The position numbers and the translations under genes are program-made. Below the pieces are notes generated by a model. It was not told the DNA's origin and searched no databases. It saw nothing but the letters and a program-made list of their open reading frames with translations. From a virus (lineage: Duplodnaviria > Heunggongvirae > Uroviricota > Caudoviricetes), in IMG/VR virus record IMGVR_UViG_2734482780_000010: DNA of 8,762 nucleotides; one strand, 5' to 3'. Positions 7,836 through 8,762 of the stretch are shown one piece after another (position 1 is the stretch's first letter; every line of letters begins with the position of its first letter).

Positions 7836-8120
7836 TGGTAAAACCTTCCATGTGATACGAGGGCGCGTAGTTTGCATTATCGTTTTTATCGCTTCAATCT
7901 GGTCTGACCTCTTTGTGTTTTGTTGATGATTTATGTCAAATATTAGGAATGTTTTCAATTAATAGTATTGGTTGCGTAACAAAGTGCGGTCCTGCTGGCA
8001 TTCTGGAGGGAAATACAACCGACAGATGTATGTAAGGCCAACGTGCTCAAACCTTCATACAGAAAGATTTGAAGTAATATTTTAACCGCTAGATGAAGAG
8101 CAAGCGCATGGAGCGACAAA

Positions 8121-8327
8121 ATGAATAAAGAACAATCTGCTGATGATCCCTCCGTGGATCTGATTCGTGTAAAAAATATGCTTAATAGCACCATTTCTAT
8201 GAGTTACCCTGATGTTGTAATTGCATGTATAGAACATAAGGTGTCTCTGGAAGCATTCAGGGCAATTGAGGCAGCGTTGGTGAAGCACGATAATAATATG
8301 AAGGATTATTCCCTGGTGGTTGACTGA
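8121..8327 (+). CDS. ybcW: Prophage protein YbcW (small, uncharacterised)
   Basis: 68-aa ORF '[24 protein letters not shown]...' with SD GGAG 10 nt upstream; recognised as DLP12 YbcW and the lambda right-arm ORF. Confidence 0.75.
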
Positions 8328-8491
8328 TCACCATAACTGCTAATCATTCAAACTACTTAACCTGTGACAGAGCCAACACGCAGTCTGTCACTGTCAGGAA
8401 AGTGGTAAAACTGCAACTCAATTACTGCAATGCCCTCGTAATTAAGTGAATTTACAATATCGTCCTGTTCGGAGGGAAGAACGCGGGATGT

Positions 8492-8626
8492 TCATTCTTC
8501 ATCACTTTTAATTGATGTATATGCTCTCTTTTCTGACGTTAGCCTCCGACGGCAGGCTTCAATGACCCAGGCTGAGAAATTCTCGGACCCTTTTTGCTCA
8601 AGAGCGATGTTAATTTGTTCAATCAT
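8492..8626 (-). CDS. YlcI-like small protein (DUF3950), apparently N-terminally truncated
   Basis: 44-aa ORF below the track's length cutoff: 'MIEQINIALEQKGSENFSAWVIEACRRRLTSEKRAYTSIKSDEE'. The 'SAWV...C...L' core resembles the YlcI/YnfO family. No good SD; an in-frame stop lies 9 codons upstream, so the longer 64-aa form cannot be encoded here. Confidence 0.45.
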   Translation of the reverse strand: MIEQINIALEQKGSENFSAWVIEACRRRLTSEKRAYTSIKSDEE

Positions 8627-8639
8627 TTGGTTAGGAAAG

Positions 8640-8762
8640 GGTAATGAGGTGCTTTATGACTCTGCCGCCGTCATAAAATGGTATGCCGAAAGGGATGCTG
8701 AAATTGAGAACGAAAAGCTGCGCCGGGAAGTTGAAGAACTGCGGCAGGCCAGCGAGACAGAT
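8640..8762 (+). pseudogene. Terminase small subunit Nu1 homolog (NohD-like), 5'-truncated; 3' end beyond window
   Basis: Translation 'GNEVLYDSAAVIKWYAERDAEIENEKLRREVEELRQASETD' is near-identical to lambda Nu1 residues about 36-76. The frame is closed by TAA at 8610-8612 and the upstream sequence is unrelated to the Nu1 N-terminal wHTH. Possible restart at GTG 8649 with a fortuitous SD-like AGGAAAGG. Confidence 0.7.

Noticed and set aside
1-8762. CRISPR arrays, tRNA/rRNA genes, IS elements, integrase/att sites
   Set aside because: No regularly spaced direct repeats, no cloverleaf-like tRNA candidates, no IS terminal inverted repeats or transposase ORFs, no integrase; the window lies inside the prophage late region.

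Overview
This window is the late region of a lambdoid (DLP12-like) prophage from an Enterobacteriaceae host, probably E. coli or Shigella, and is a mosaic. Calls rest on reading the ORF translations and on recalled protein and phage lambda sequences; nothing was searched or aligned. In order: a DUF2303 (YfdQ-like) gene on the minus strand; a LexA-like gene fragment overlapping the rusA start; rusA; a KilA-N domain gene; a DUF968 gene; antiterminator Q (quuD); an intact nmpC-type porin inserted in reverse between Q and the lysis genes, with an IpeX-like 3' UTR; a 590-bp AT-rich spacer; a phage-21-type lysis cassette (dual-start pinholin essD, SAR endolysin rrrD) joined to lambda-type Rz/Rz1; bor; ybcV; ybcW. 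The most notable observation is at the right edge: a short ylcI-like ORF and a Nu1 (terminase small subunit) homolog both appear 5'-truncated at one junction, with no cos site between them, which would make the prophage unable to package. No tRNA, rRNA, CRISPR array or IS element was seen. The best candidate for an uncharacterised module is the KilA-N/DUF968 gene pair between rusA and Q, but I found no direct evidence of a novel system.
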